Position numbers and translations under genes: made by a program. Under the pieces are notes generated by a model. It was given only the letters and a program-made list of their open reading frames with translations, had not been told where the DNA came from and made no database searches. A stretch of 34,070 nucleotides of DNA from positions 1 through 34,070 of the IMG/VR virus record IMGVR_UViG_3300033514_000463. One strand, 5' to 3'. Below are positions 9,836 through 19,703 of this stretch, one piece after another (the stretch's first letter is position 1; every line of letters begins with the position of its first letter). Origin of the DNA: a virus (lineage: Duplodnaviria; Caudoviricetes).

Positions 9836-10666
9836 ATGCTTCCTCAACTAGCAAATACTTACACTCCAAGCAAAGATTACAAGTTATCTCAATGGTTAGC
9901 AAGTCCAAAACTTGATGGAGTCAGAGCTTTGTATATCCCTGGTGGTGGGCTATTTAGCCGAAGCCAAAAAAGTCGCTATATAGGATTCGGTTCGATCGAA
10001 TCTATATGTCTCTCAATTTGCCATTCTTACAATTTCAGTTTTATTGACGGTGAACTTTACATACCAGGAGAAAGGTTTGACATAATTTCTGGAATAGTGA
10101 GAAAGTCAAAGAAATATGATGTTGATGCAAAAGCTAGAGTAGAATTTAAAGTATTTGCGGTAGGTTCGACCATTACTCCAAAGATGAAAGCTGATCATAT
10201 GTACGATTTGATAATATCTACGATGTTATCAACAGGAAAAGTAAGTTATTTATCTCATTCATATATCCAAAATACACCATCAGTAATTTACGCTGAATCT
10301 GAATTGGTGAAAAGTAGCGGTCAATCAAACGAAGGGATTATGTTGCGGAATCCTAGCTCGGTTTATGCGGGAACGCGATCGAACGATTTAGTCAAAGTCA
10401 AAAATTTTGTTAAAAGCACTTTTGTTGTTGTTGGTTTTACCAAAGGTACAGGCAAGTATATCAAATCTTTGGGCAATCTATTAGTTCGGGGAATGGTTGA
10501 TGGCAAGATTGTCAATGCCAGAGTGGGGACTGGATTTAGTGATCAAGAGCGATCGAATATCTGGATGGATCAGTCGAATTTTCTGGGTAAAAATATCTCT
10601 GTGATTTATCTTGGAGTCACGTCTAATGGAAGACTGAGACATCCTATTTTTTCTGCATTTGATTAA
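9836..10666 (+). CDS. Minimal ATP-dependent DNA ligase
   Basis: Motif I KLDGVR, DGELY, EGIMLR, LVKVK, OB-fold VGTGFSD and LRHPIF; extended -10 TGCTAAGAT at 9800-9808. Confidence 0.92.
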   Translation: MLPQLANTYTPSKDYKLSQWLASPKLDGVRALYIPGGGLFSRSQKSRYIGFGSIESICLSICHSYNFSFIDGELYIPGERFDIISGIVRKSKKYDVDAKARVEFKVFAVGSTITPKMKADHMYDLIISTMLSTGKVSYLSHSYIQNTPSVIYAESELVKSSGQSNEGIMLRNPSSVYAGTRSNDLVKVKNFVKSTFVVVGFTKGTGKYIKSLGNLLVRGMVDGKIVNARVGTGFSDQERSNIWMDQSNFLGKNISVIYLGVTSNGRLRHPIFSAFD

Positions 10667-10711
10667 TCACGGTTCGACTACGCTCACCGACCGCAAATTT
10701 TGATTAATAAA

Positions 10712-10744
10712 AACCCTCGGATAAAATTTATTTATTCGAGGGTT
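10712..10744. terminator. Hairpin between convergent ligase and HU genes
   Basis: AACCCTCGGATAAA / TTTATTCGAGGGTT. Confidence 0.65.
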
Positions 10745-10820
10745 AATGTGAGAAAACGCTTTTCTGTCTGCTTCCTGTAGTTTACTACGATTTTAACAAT
10801 CCTACAAGTTCAGGAATTTA

Positions 10821-11567
10821 CTAAGATTTTAGCAATCCCGTAAGTTCAGGAATGTTTCCAGCTAATAGCCAACCAGTTTCAGGCGAATAAATTGGTGTGG
10901 TTACCGTGACCCCCCAACTAGCTAAATCATTTGTTTCAACTTCAACAAATGATTCATCAGGTGCTTTGATATTCCAGACTTTTTTAACTGTCACAACTTT
11001 CGACAAAAGTCCGCTCGGAATTGGTGGTATGGATGAAACACCTAAGCCTTGATTGATTGTGAGTCCTTCGGAAGCACTCAGGGTAGGGGAAGGAACAGGA
11101 ACTGGTTCTGAAGACGAAGGAGACGAAGGAGCACTCAGGGTAGACGAAGGAGAGGAAGGAATATATCCTGGGAGAAGTTCTAGAGGAATTGCTTGAGAAA
11201 ATTCTTGGGAGATATCAGAAGAAATTTCTGGATAAACTTCTGGAAATTCTTCAGAAAATTCTGTTTGAGCTTCTGATTGAGCTTGTGAATCGGGTAGAAC
11301 TGAAACACCAAAGCTTTTGCTAGGGGTAAATTTGATTTTGCGAGATGCCTTAAAAGTAGACAGTTCACCAGTCCGAGGATTTCGACCTTCACGTTCAGGT
11401 CGATCGACGGCTTTGAAAATACCGAGCCCTTCGAGTTTTACGGTATCGGACTCTCTGAGAGACATGGAAAGGAACGAAATCACAGAAGTCGTAACGGCTG
11501 CGATCGTACTTTCAGCGAAACCAGTCGAAGTTTTAACGTAAGCACTTAGATCTGTTATGGATGTCAT
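10821..11567 (-). CDS. HU-family DNA-binding protein with long C-terminal extension
   Basis: VKLEGLGIFK..RPEREGRNPRTGE...KFTPSK signature, then a Ser/Pro/Glu linker and a GYF_2-like tail. Confidence 0.85.
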   Translation of the reverse strand: MTSITDLSAYVKTSTGFAESTIAAVTTSVISFLSMSLRESDTVKLEGLGIFKAVDRPEREGRNPRTGELSTFKASRKIKFTPSKSFGVSVLPDSQAQSEAQTEFSEEFPEVYPEISSDISQEFSQAIPLELLPGYIPSSPSSTLSAPSSPSSSEPVPVPSPTLSASEGLTINQGLGVSSIPPIPSGLLSKVVTVKKVWNIKAPDESFVEVETNDLASWGVTVTTPIYSPETGWLLAGNIPELTGLLKS

Positions 11568-11684
11568 AGACTTAAAAAATTGATTGAGATTACTTCATTA
11601 TGTACTACTCGAACTACATACATCAATTTTTTATTGGATTTTAGACCGAAATTTGGTAAAATAATTGTATGAGCGTAACCTACG

Positions 11685-12092
11685 ATGCGACAAAGAACGC
11701 TAAAACCTATGCGAGAATACATCAAAGGAACATATGGGGAAGATGATGTAGACCATCACATAATAACTGATGATGGTCGCGGTCCCAGGGGTGAAAGGGG
11801 CTATGAAGTGATGAGCTTGTACATTCGTCAATATCTTGTATGGCTTGTGAAGGAAAAACGATTTGTCTTGCTGCGTGATTATGATGAAGAAAAAATGGGA
11901 GAGAGCGATTCGGTATTTTATGACTATGACGACCTTGTTGAAAAACTTTTGGTCTATGAGAAAACATCTGAGTGCCTTCAATTAGCTGCGATAGATAAAG
12001 AGGAAATGAGAAAATCCAGAGAGACAAATTCTCCTCCTCCTTATGTTCACAGTCCTCGCAATCCTGATGATCTTAATGATTTAGGCTTTTAG
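11685..12092 (+). CDS. Hypothetical protein
   Basis: 135-aa ORF filling the gap; TGGTAAAAT extended -10-like site upstream. Confidence 0.6.
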   Translation: MRQRTLKPMREYIKGTYGEDDVDHHIITDDGRGPRGERGYEVMSLYIRQYLVWLVKEKRFVLLRDYDEEKMGESDSVFYDYDDLVEKLLVYEKTSECLQLAAIDKEEMRKSRETNSPPPYVHSPRNPDDLNDLGF

Positions 12093-12096
12093 ATTT

Positions 12097-15000
12097 TTAG
12101 TATGGGGAAAATAAAACCTCTTTAGTTGAAGAAGTGTAACGAATTTTAGCTTTCACAGTAATACCGGGATTAATTGCCGTGCAATTAATAGGAAAAAGAC
12201 CTAAGCATTTATAACTTTTGTCAAAATCACCATAAACTGCGTATCTTTCTAGCGTAAATCCTTCGTTATCATAGGTGTCAACTTTTTCTAAAGATAAACG
12301 AATTTCTGACCATTCACCATGAGAAATGGTGCTAAAATAAGTTTCATGTTGTTCAATTATGTACCATTTCTCTTTCATTCCTTTAACGGTTACAGTGACT
12401 GTTGCGATACTCCATCCTTTTGCGCCGTTAAGAGACATTATCTCCGCACTCATAATTTGACCATATTCGATCGAGTCATCATGGATAGCAGTAAGTCCGG
12501 CATCTATCCAATTTTGACCAGATTTGACTTTCACCATAATTGTCTCTCGTTCTTCAGAAATTGATATTTTTCTTGGGTGAGGACGTTCATAAGAAGTCAC
12601 TAGAGAACCATCGGGTTTTAGATAAAGATATTCATTAAGATTCAACAGTCGATCGGATATTAAAACACCTTTAAGAGTAAAGATTTTATCATCTTTAACA
12701 AAAGCGTAAATATTGCGATCGTTGTCAACAAAATCAATTCCTCTGAGTTTCAGAGCGATATATCCAGCACCGTTAATCATCACATATTTGCCATTTTTAT
12801 CTGGATCTATAACCCATTCTCGTCTTTGAGAAAGCCCATATATTCCTAATAAAACTTCGTTTGTTGGTTGAGTGATTGGGAGCCTCTTCGAGAATGTTTT
12901 ATCTTCATCGTGTCTAAAACCAAAGATTGTGAAGGAAAATTGTTCTTTGAGTAGTTGTTGTGCGATAAGATCTGGAAAAAGTAGGAAAGGAAAACTGGCT
13001 TTACCTAAAGGATGATTGGTTACAGGTTTTTCATTATGAGCTGCCCACCAATAAGCCGTCGCCCAACTTAAAAGTTTTAAACTTGCTTCTGCTTCAGAAA
13101 GTTGACTTTTTTTCAATCTGTCTTCCAAATCTTTGCGAACTTCTTTAACGTGTTTCATAAGTTTACTGATAGCATTGCTATCATCAAAAGATGAAACGGC
13201 GATCGCTTCTCGTAAACGTTGATAATATTGACCTTGTTGTTTTCTAGCAAAATCTATTTGTTCTTGAGTAGTTAAATGATTAATGATCGGATTTCTACCG
13301 AATAAATTTCTAAATTTGTCAGAAGTTAGAGGTTGAGGCGAGGGCATTTTTTCGGCAGCGTCTTCCCAATAAATATTGACATCTCGAATCATGTGAGAAA
13401 TAGGATCATTATCGATCGCCTCAGATCCAACATTCATGGGTCGAGTTAGATAAGCTTCTTTGCTTTTATAATCAGTTTGCCAGACAGGTTTTTTGGCTCC
13501 TTCATTCAAGATTTCTCCTACCAATGCCAACGCTTTGGTATCTCGTGCTAAGTCATTTTTGAATCGATCGACTTCATCTTGCAAAGCTTGTGACAAAACT
13601 TCGAGAACAGTCCTCTTAGAACCATCGGGGATTACGACGTTAGCCAATCCCTTAGCCTGAGCGTGCATGATTTGACTTGCTACTAAACCAGTCAGATTAT
13701 CCATCGATCGCAACGCAACTTGTTTCAAAGTATCCTGGATGGGAGACTTAGGAGCTTTGATAACTTTGGGACGTACGTAAACAGAAGGATTATTTTGCCA
13801 TTTCTGAACTTCCGCAGTAACCAAAGGCAATTTATTAGCGGCGATCGCATCCCCGTAATCCCCATCAAAATCACCGCCTTGTCCATAAGGAGCTTCATTC
13901 AGTTCACCAGTACCGCCAAAGGTGACGTGAGAAACAAAGAATACGCCTGTATAGCTATCATTTTTACCTTTCTTAACACAATTCCACAACTGTATATCGC
14001 CCCAGTGACGAACTGGATATCTGAATGTTATGTGTTTTCCGGCTTTCAGATGTTTGCAAGAAAAGGTCAAATCCGGCAAAGCATCATCGGGCAAAGCCAT
14101 GTAAGAATTGAAATGGATTGCGCCATTTATCGCCAACCGAGTCCACTTTTTCTTGAGACTTCTTTGTATAGAACCCAAGACATAAGGATGCCTTTCTAAG
14201 ATTTTTGATTTGTCATTTTCTAGGATTAAGTTTAGAGCCGGGGCGTAAGGTTCAGCATGATCATCTGTGTCATCTTCTGGGTTGCCACTAGCCCAAATTT
14301 CTCTCAGTTCATTGAACCATTTATCAATTAAATTGATGTCTGTAAGTTCGGCTAAATCTTTTTCTGGTTTGAAAAGTTTTATCAATGCGTAAATATTTTT
14401 AGCATCAAGAGCTTCAGAAATTTTGGAACATTCGGCTTGACTTGGTGGCATTATTTCTGTTTCGATAATATCGCTCGGAAACCATGACCAAATTTGCGTA
14501 CCGCCCGCAGCTTGTCTTTCCTGAGCTTCCCCTAATACAGCTAAATTAACCCTCCTAAATGTATGGGCTCCCATAGAAGGCTTGAAAGTTTTGAAACACG
14601 ACTCAGGCATAATCAGATCATATCCTTCCATTTTATCGGGAGGCAAAGGAGCGACTGTGCCTTTGCCCCATATCCCTTTTTCATTTTCTGACCCGGGGAT
14701 ACTTAAGCGAAACTGAACAGGAGTTCTGTCATCATCTGTCGAAATTCCATCTAATAATTCTACCAACAAATCTGAATTGATTTTTCCGTGAGCATCCCCT
14801 GTGCCATATTCATTATCGTAGTCATCATCAGGACGATTATTGGTTAACTTCAAATCTGGAATGACTAGAATCTTGGCATTATCTAGACAAAATAAAGATT
14901 TGGATTCACTCAAACTGATTGAGCCGTAGTTAATCCGACCCATGTTAGATTTCTCTGGGGGAAAGTAGAACTCTCCAATCGTTCCTTTCGTGTTTTCATT

Positions 15001-15378
15001 CTTTCGAGTAAATACGAAGTGTCCATGTTTGCGCGCACCGCCCGCTATGTCAAGAGAAAAGTTTTCATAGTCGTCTAAACGTTCTGTTCTATCCACAGTT
15101 GAATCTGTAGGAATTGCACAAATAGAAAATTCTGTATCAGGGTGCATCTGAGACAGCATGATGTTTTTGTAGACAGTCTGATTTAACCGGGCAGTTTTAG
15201 TGCCATCGGGTTTTGTCTTGTACATCCACTGTTTCTGAGCTCCGTTCCATACACCAAATTTACTGGTAGATTTAATGCGGATTAGTCGATCGCCATAGAT
15301 AGCTGAACCTAAAGCAATAGCATTGTAGGTAAAAACAAAACGTTCGACTGGAACAGGCGTTTTTGGATCTGTTGGCAT
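12097..15378 (-). CDS. Single-subunit two-barrel (double-psi beta-barrel) RNA polymerase, eukaryotic RdRP/YonO-like
   Basis: Catalytic GGDFDGD (~13858-13878). Colinear RdRP-type motifs: GDAHGKIN (cf. DGxGxIS), VQFRL (cf. FQIR), GKGTV (cf. KGVV), FRYPVRHWGDIQL (cf. KNPCLHPGDIR). AGAGGAG RBS. Confidence 0.85.
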   Translation of the reverse strand: MPTDPKTPVPVERFVFTYNAIALGSAIYGDRLIRIKSTSKFGVWNGAQKQWMYKTKPDGTKTARLNQTVYKNIMLSQMHPDTEFSICAIPTDSTVDRTERLDDYENFSLDIAGGARKHGHFVFTRKNENTKGTIGEFYFPPEKSNMGRINYGSISLSESKSLFCLDNAKILVIPDLKLTNNRPDDDYDNEYGTGDAHGKINSDLLVELLDGISTDDDRTPVQFRLSIPGSENEKGIWGKGTVAPLPPDKMEGYDLIMPESCFKTFKPSMGAHTFRRVNLAVLGEAQERQAAGGTQIWSWFPSDIIETEIMPPSQAECSKISEALDAKNIYALIKLFKPEKDLAELTDINLIDKWFNELREIWASGNPEDDTDDHAEPYAPALNLILENDKSKILERHPYVLGSIQRSLKKKWTRLAINGAIHFNSYMALPDDALPDLTFSCKHLKAGKHITFRYPVRHWGDIQLWNCVKKGKNDSYTGVFFVSHVTFGGTGELNEAPYGQGGDFDGDYGDAIAANKLPLVTAEVQKWQNNPSVYVRPKVIKAPKSPIQDTLKQVALRSMDNLTGLVASQIMHAQAKGLANVVIPDGSKRTVLEVLSQALQDEVDRFKNDLARDTKALALVGEILNEGAKKPVWQTDYKSKEAYLTRPMNVGSEAIDNDPISHMIRDVNIYWEDAAEKMPSPQPLTSDKFRNLFGRNPIINHLTTQEQIDFARKQQGQYYQRLREAIAVSSFDDSNAISKLMKHVKEVRKDLEDRLKKSQLSEAEASLKLLSWATAYWWAAHNEKPVTNHPLGKASFPFLLFPDLIAQQLLKEQFSFTIFGFRHDEDKTFSKRLPITQPTNEVLLGIYGLSQRREWVIDPDKNGKYVMINGAGYIALKLRGIDFVDNDRNIYAFVKDDKIFTLKGVLISDRLLNLNEYLYLKPDGSLVTSYERPHPRKISISEERETIMVKVKSGQNWIDAGLTAIHDDSIEYGQIMSAEIMSLNGAKGWSIATVTVTVKGMKEKWYIIEQHETYFSTISHGEWSEIRLSLEKVDTYDNEGFTLERYAVYGDFDKSYKCLGLFPINCTAINPGITVKAKIRYTSSTKEVLFSPY

Positions 15379-15381
15379 AAT

Positions 15382-17937
15382 TTATTTCTCCTCTGTTTCT
15401 TCTTCTTCAAAGTCATAAAAAAATATAGGAAAGTCTCCGTAATCAATGTCATCGTCTTTTTCCTTCTCCTCTTTCTCGAAAACTTGAGCGCATTTATTTT
15501 CTGAACTAGAGAAAGAAATTGCGTCTTGCGTTCCAGGAGAGTCATCACCATTGCTAAAAGCGTAAAGTGAATTGCATTCGTAAATAATAACTTTGTTACG
15601 TTCTGGTCCCGCGTTGGCGCGTTCGTTGGAAAATTCTACAGTGCGATCTTTTGGGAAATATTTAGGTTTGAAGCCGGGGGCGATCGTCCCATCTTTGAGA
15701 CGAGTTTTTCTCTGAACCCATCGGGCATTATGAATCAGAGTTTTCAAACCTCTAGCTTTGGCGGTTGTTTCCGCAAAAGTATCAGCTCCGGCAGCCCCCC
15801 CGGAGACGAGGGTACAAGAAGCGGGGAGAGCATTAACGAATTGTGCGATCGCAATTTCTGCCCATTTGTCTTTGAACTCCCGGCTACCGACTACAGCAAC
15901 GTAAGTACCTGGGGGAACGGCTGCGCCATATTTAGCAAAGCGTTGAGGGTCTTTGAAATCTGGAAGGGGATTGGGGATTCTAACATTGGGCAAGCGGTAA
16001 TAAGCAACGAGCGCTTTACTCCCGGCAGCTTGAATCAGTGCTCCGATTTCTGGATCGACTTCATCCCATTGAGCATGAAGGTAGTTGAATTTTGCGGGTT
16101 CGAAAGGTGCATCGGTAGAAACCCAACCTTCGGGAGCTTCATCAGGGAGTTTGCCGTGAACGATGACATCTTTGTATTTTTCACGATAGAGATAGCGCTG
16201 AACTTGCCCATCAAAACCAACTTGAGGTCCAGCGATTTTACCGCCAACTCCCCGCACATGAATCACAGGATTTTTGGTAGGTACACCGTTAAGTTTTAGA
16301 TACCATTCACGGTGTTTATTATCAATAATACTTTCGATTTCTAATTCAGATGTGGGATTTAAACCTTCAATCCATTTACGTCCGACCATGCCAACATGAA
16401 GGCGATCGTCTGAAGTTAGGGATTCATCGGGAGTTGAGGGCACTTTGTTTTCCTTAATCATCCAAAAAGCTGCATTCCTTATTATATCGCCATGACAGGC
16501 GAGTGGTTTGCAGTGACAGACCAATTCTACATTTTCCCCAGAAGCAAGGGTAGAGGCAATTTTTTCGATCGCCTTGTAGAATGCGCCATCATTAATTTGA
16601 AGTTGTTGCCAAGAATATTTACGAAAATCCTCAATGACTTTTTCTCGGTTATTTTGTTCATTTATGACATAAGGATTATTAAGGGGCGATCGCATAATTT
16701 TCTGAGAACCGCCACGACCGACGTATACTTTTGACCAATCGGGGCTATGCCAATTAGCTGATGACAAACCTTTAGTGCCAGAATCTCGGATGTTGGATAC
16801 AGTACAATTGCCTACCGATTTTGCTGGTCTTGACGGTTCTGGTACTGGGGGTTCTGTTGAAGGTGGTGGAGGTGGTGATGAATCTGATTGACCTGAGTCG
16901 TCATCAACATCTGGGACAGTGACAATCCAAGGAGTTTTGCCGATGGAAGTAAAATATGCGATCGCATCTTGGACAAATTTGTCGGAGCCATTGGTAGAAG
17001 CTAAGAAGTGGTCAGATTCTTGGAGTATCTCATGGACAGTGTTTAGCTCGTCACCTACTTGGCGAGTGGGGTAAGGTTTCTTTGAAGTTTCCGAAGTTTC
17101 ATAAATCAGAACTTGGGGATATTTTCGGGATTTCAGATAGGTCGCGACCAAAGTATCAAATCCGGGGCGATCGGTCAGTAGAATTTCGCTAGCATTTTTG
17201 CGATCTGTAGATTGTCGAAAAACCATTGCTTTTTCTATTTCAGCTTTCTCTGGTTCTGACAAAGATTTGGTTCGTTGCATCCCTACCATAGAAATGATTA
17301 AAGGTTTATCGGCATTTGATATCGGGTCTACCATTCTGCCAGTGAGATTGATTCTGCGATCGCCTATAACTTCCCCAGCTCCATGAAAACATAGACGTTC
17401 TTTCTCAGACATCACCAAAAGATCACCGTCTTCTAACACCATTTTTGTCGTAACAGTTTTATTAAGAAACTTGAGATCTGATGATGAAACTTTTCCTGAT
17501 TCAACTTTTCCGGCTACCAGAAATGTACCTTCGCCAAAAGTTAGACTTATTATTGGAGCATCTTTGTTTCTTTCCGATGTATCTTGATGAAACCCAAGGA
17601 TATTTTTACTAGCATTGTTAAGATCACTGCTGTAAAAATTTATCAAAACAGTTTCTAGCCTAAATTCTGGATAATAATGTTTACCTGCCTTTAACATTAC
17701 CTGACCGATCGTGGCTGGAATTGGTGGCCATCTTCTGCCAGTTAAGGGATTAATTTTTGTATAACCTTGTGTAGAAAGCCATCCATATTTTCCGCAACTG
17801 GTTATTTTAAATTTAAGTCTACCAAATTCTCCCGCTCTTGCATGAAATGGTGGAGCTAATTCTACAACGTTTTCTATTTCTTTGAGAATTGCTTCTTTTT
17901 GAGATGCTGCGTATCCTTTCGCTATTATTATTGGCAT
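15382..17937 (-). CDS. Multidomain protein: AlkB-like 2OG-Fe(II) dioxygenase + SLOG-like + DUF4326 + C-terminal SLOG domain
   Basis: LINFY..GFHQD...PIISLTFG...FHG...RINLTGR (AlkB HxD..H..R); VYVGRG..SPLNNPY...LVCHCKPLACHGDII (DUF4326); VAVVGSREF..LVSGGAAGAD..AGPERN..SPGT (SLOG); AGGAG RBS. Confidence 0.85.
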   Translation of the reverse strand: MPIIIAKGYAASQKEAILKEIENVVELAPPFHARAGEFGRLKFKITSCGKYGWLSTQGYTKINPLTGRRWPPIPATIGQVMLKAGKHYYPEFRLETVLINFYSSDLNNASKNILGFHQDTSERNKDAPIISLTFGEGTFLVAGKVESGKVSSSDLKFLNKTVTTKMVLEDGDLLVMSEKERLCFHGAGEVIGDRRINLTGRMVDPISNADKPLIISMVGMQRTKSLSEPEKAEIEKAMVFRQSTDRKNASEILLTDRPGFDTLVATYLKSRKYPQVLIYETSETSKKPYPTRQVGDELNTVHEILQESDHFLASTNGSDKFVQDAIAYFTSIGKTPWIVTVPDVDDDSGQSDSSPPPPPSTEPPVPEPSRPAKSVGNCTVSNIRDSGTKGLSSANWHSPDWSKVYVGRGGSQKIMRSPLNNPYVINEQNNREKVIEDFRKYSWQQLQINDGAFYKAIEKIASTLASGENVELVCHCKPLACHGDIIRNAAFWMIKENKVPSTPDESLTSDDRLHVGMVGRKWIEGLNPTSELEIESIIDNKHREWYLKLNGVPTKNPVIHVRGVGGKIAGPQVGFDGQVQRYLYREKYKDVIVHGKLPDEAPEGWVSTDAPFEPAKFNYLHAQWDEVDPEIGALIQAAGSKALVAYYRLPNVRIPNPLPDFKDPQRFAKYGAAVPPGTYVAVVGSREFKDKWAEIAIAQFVNALPASCTLVSGGAAGADTFAETTAKARGLKTLIHNARWVQRKTRLKDGTIAPGFKPKYFPKDRTVEFSNERANAGPERNKVIIYECNSLYAFSNGDDSPGTQDAISFSSSENKCAQVFEKEEKEKDDDIDYGDFPIFFYDFEEEETEEK

Positions 17938-17972
17938 ATTTTCTCCTTCTAATCACTAACTAAAATCAAAAA

Positions 17973-19634
17973 TTAAAATGATTTCCATACACCAAGAGGG
18001 AAACTAACTGCGTGTTTTTCACTAAATTCTTCTAGCAATTTTTTAGCTTCATCAACATTCAATATGACCGGAATTTCACCAGATAAATCAAAGCCTCCTT
18101 TAATTTCTAATTTGTCTTTTTCCATCTCCATTCCGACACCAGAAATGGAGTCATATTCTACAGTAGCTAAAGTTAATAAATCTTCCTTCATTGCCTCAAA
18201 TTCTATTTTAGCATCATCAGCATTTTGGATACTTGCATAAACAAACCCCGGATATTTATCATGTTCAGCCAAGAGATAAAATTGTGAGAATGTCATCGTA
18301 CTCTCGTTTTTCATTGCCAAAATGATGATGATTGAAACGAGTAAAATAGGGACAGCCATACCCATCAAAAACATCCAACAAGTAGCATTCATATTGGTTG
18401 TGCCGAATACCGTCATCAACAAATCTGAACCAGCTTTTAAAGCACTCGCAGCAAAGAATCTTAAAGCATTAGCCCCAGCACTACCAGAAACTTTAAGGAC
18501 GATCGAAGTAATACAGCCAGTTAGTGCTGGTAGTAGAACTGAAGGTAATCCCAATAAATTCATGCAACTTGTTAGAAACCAATTTGCAATGGTCGAAATT
18601 ACCCCAGCAACTATTCCTACAGTCGCTACAGCACCGCCCACAAGGACGATCGGCGCTACAACTGGAATAATTACTAAAGCACTCGCATTCACTTTGATGC
18701 TTCTGATTGATAAAATTCGATCGTTATAAATTGAGTTTATTTCATATGGATTCTGCCCAATTACTAAATTGCTAAAATAATTCTGATGATTTGGTGCTTT
18801 AATCCCACTTCCACCTCCACCTCCTGGCGGAGTTTTGGGTTCAGTTTTGGGTTCAGTTTTGGGTTCAGTTTTGGGTTCAGATTTGGATATTTTAGGAGAG
18901 GGTTCAGATTTGGATTTTTTAGGAGAGGGTCTGGCTGGATCACCCATAGCAACAAGAGCTTTAGCAACAGCGTTATATTTATCTCGTGTTTGTTTTCGTT
19001 CTTTGAGTTTTAGACGTTTATCTTGCAATTCTTTATACAATTTATCTCTCAATTCTCTAGATTTTCTAAGAGCTTCTTCTTTTTGTGCTTTAACAAATGC
19101 CGAAGCCGAGTCGATCGCATAATCAACTTTAATCCCAAGCGTTGATAATAGTGGCAAGTTTAAACTTTCATTAAAAGCATTTATTACTTTAGCATAAATG
19201 CCTTTTTCGTTATCGTTATAACGAAGATTAGATAATATTGTTTCACCAGCACCAGCCAAATTAGAATGAGCTTTGCTATTATAAGCACGATTTATACCGT
19301 GGGCTGTTTCTAAAAAAGCTATGCCACATTGACCTATTAATTTAGGAAACATTTTGACGATTTTCCCGGTTTCAAGCCAACCGAGAATAGTTTTAGTATC
19401 TTTATGATTCAAAAGAGCTTGAACAGGCGCTTGTGCCATTAGCCAATTTTGCGGTGCTTCCATCAATTTTCTAACTTCGTCAGCACCTGTCAATGATTTA
19501 ATATCTGCCCATATTCCTGTGATTGTATCCGATATTTGCTCTGATGGCTCTTTTCCTGAGCCTTGCGAAGGATCAGATTCTGATTCTGGTGTTGGTGTTG
19601 GTGTTGGTGTTGGTGTTGGTGTTGGTGTTGGCAT
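17973..19634 (-). CDS. Membrane protein of unknown function
   Basis: PT and PKTE repeats, a coiled coil and 3-4 long hydrophobic segments; first gene of the polymerase operon. Confidence 0.75.
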   Translation of the reverse strand: MPTPTPTPTPTPTPTPESESDPSQGSGKEPSEQISDTITGIWADIKSLTGADEVRKLMEAPQNWLMAQAPVQALLNHKDTKTILGWLETGKIVKMFPKLIGQCGIAFLETAHGINRAYNSKAHSNLAGAGETILSNLRYNDNEKGIYAKVINAFNESLNLPLLSTLGIKVDYAIDSASAFVKAQKEEALRKSRELRDKLYKELQDKRLKLKERKQTRDKYNAVAKALVAMGDPARPSPKKSKSEPSPKISKSEPKTEPKTEPKTEPKTPPGGGGGSGIKAPNHQNYFSNLVIGQNPYEINSIYNDRILSIRSIKVNASALVIIPVVAPIVLVGGAVATVGIVAGVISTIANWFLTSCMNLLGLPSVLLPALTGCITSIVLKVSGSAGANALRFFAASALKAGSDLLMTVFGTTNMNATCWMFLMGMAVPILLVSIIIILAMKNESTMTFSQFYLLAEHDKYPGFVYASIQNADDAKIEFEAMKEDLLTLATVEYDSISGVGMEMEKDKLEIKGGFDLSGEIPVILNVDEAKKLLEEFSEKHAVSFPLGVWKSF

Positions 19635-19670
19635 AGCGGTGAAAAATATGAAAAGTGAAATATATTAGTT

Positions 19671-19679
19671 ATTATAGCA
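19671..19679 (-). promoter_or_regulatory. Consensus extended -10 (TGCTATAAT) for the polymerase operon
   Basis: Reverse complement of ATTATAGCA, ~36 nt upstream of ATG 19634. Confidence 0.55.
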
Positions 19680-19703
19680 TTAGCAAAGTACCTTGAGGTT
19701 AAA

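Noticed and set aside
12319-19122. Numerous + strand ORFs opposite the polymerase operon
   Set aside because: Shadow ORFs antisense to long motif-bearing genes, with no recognisable motifs.
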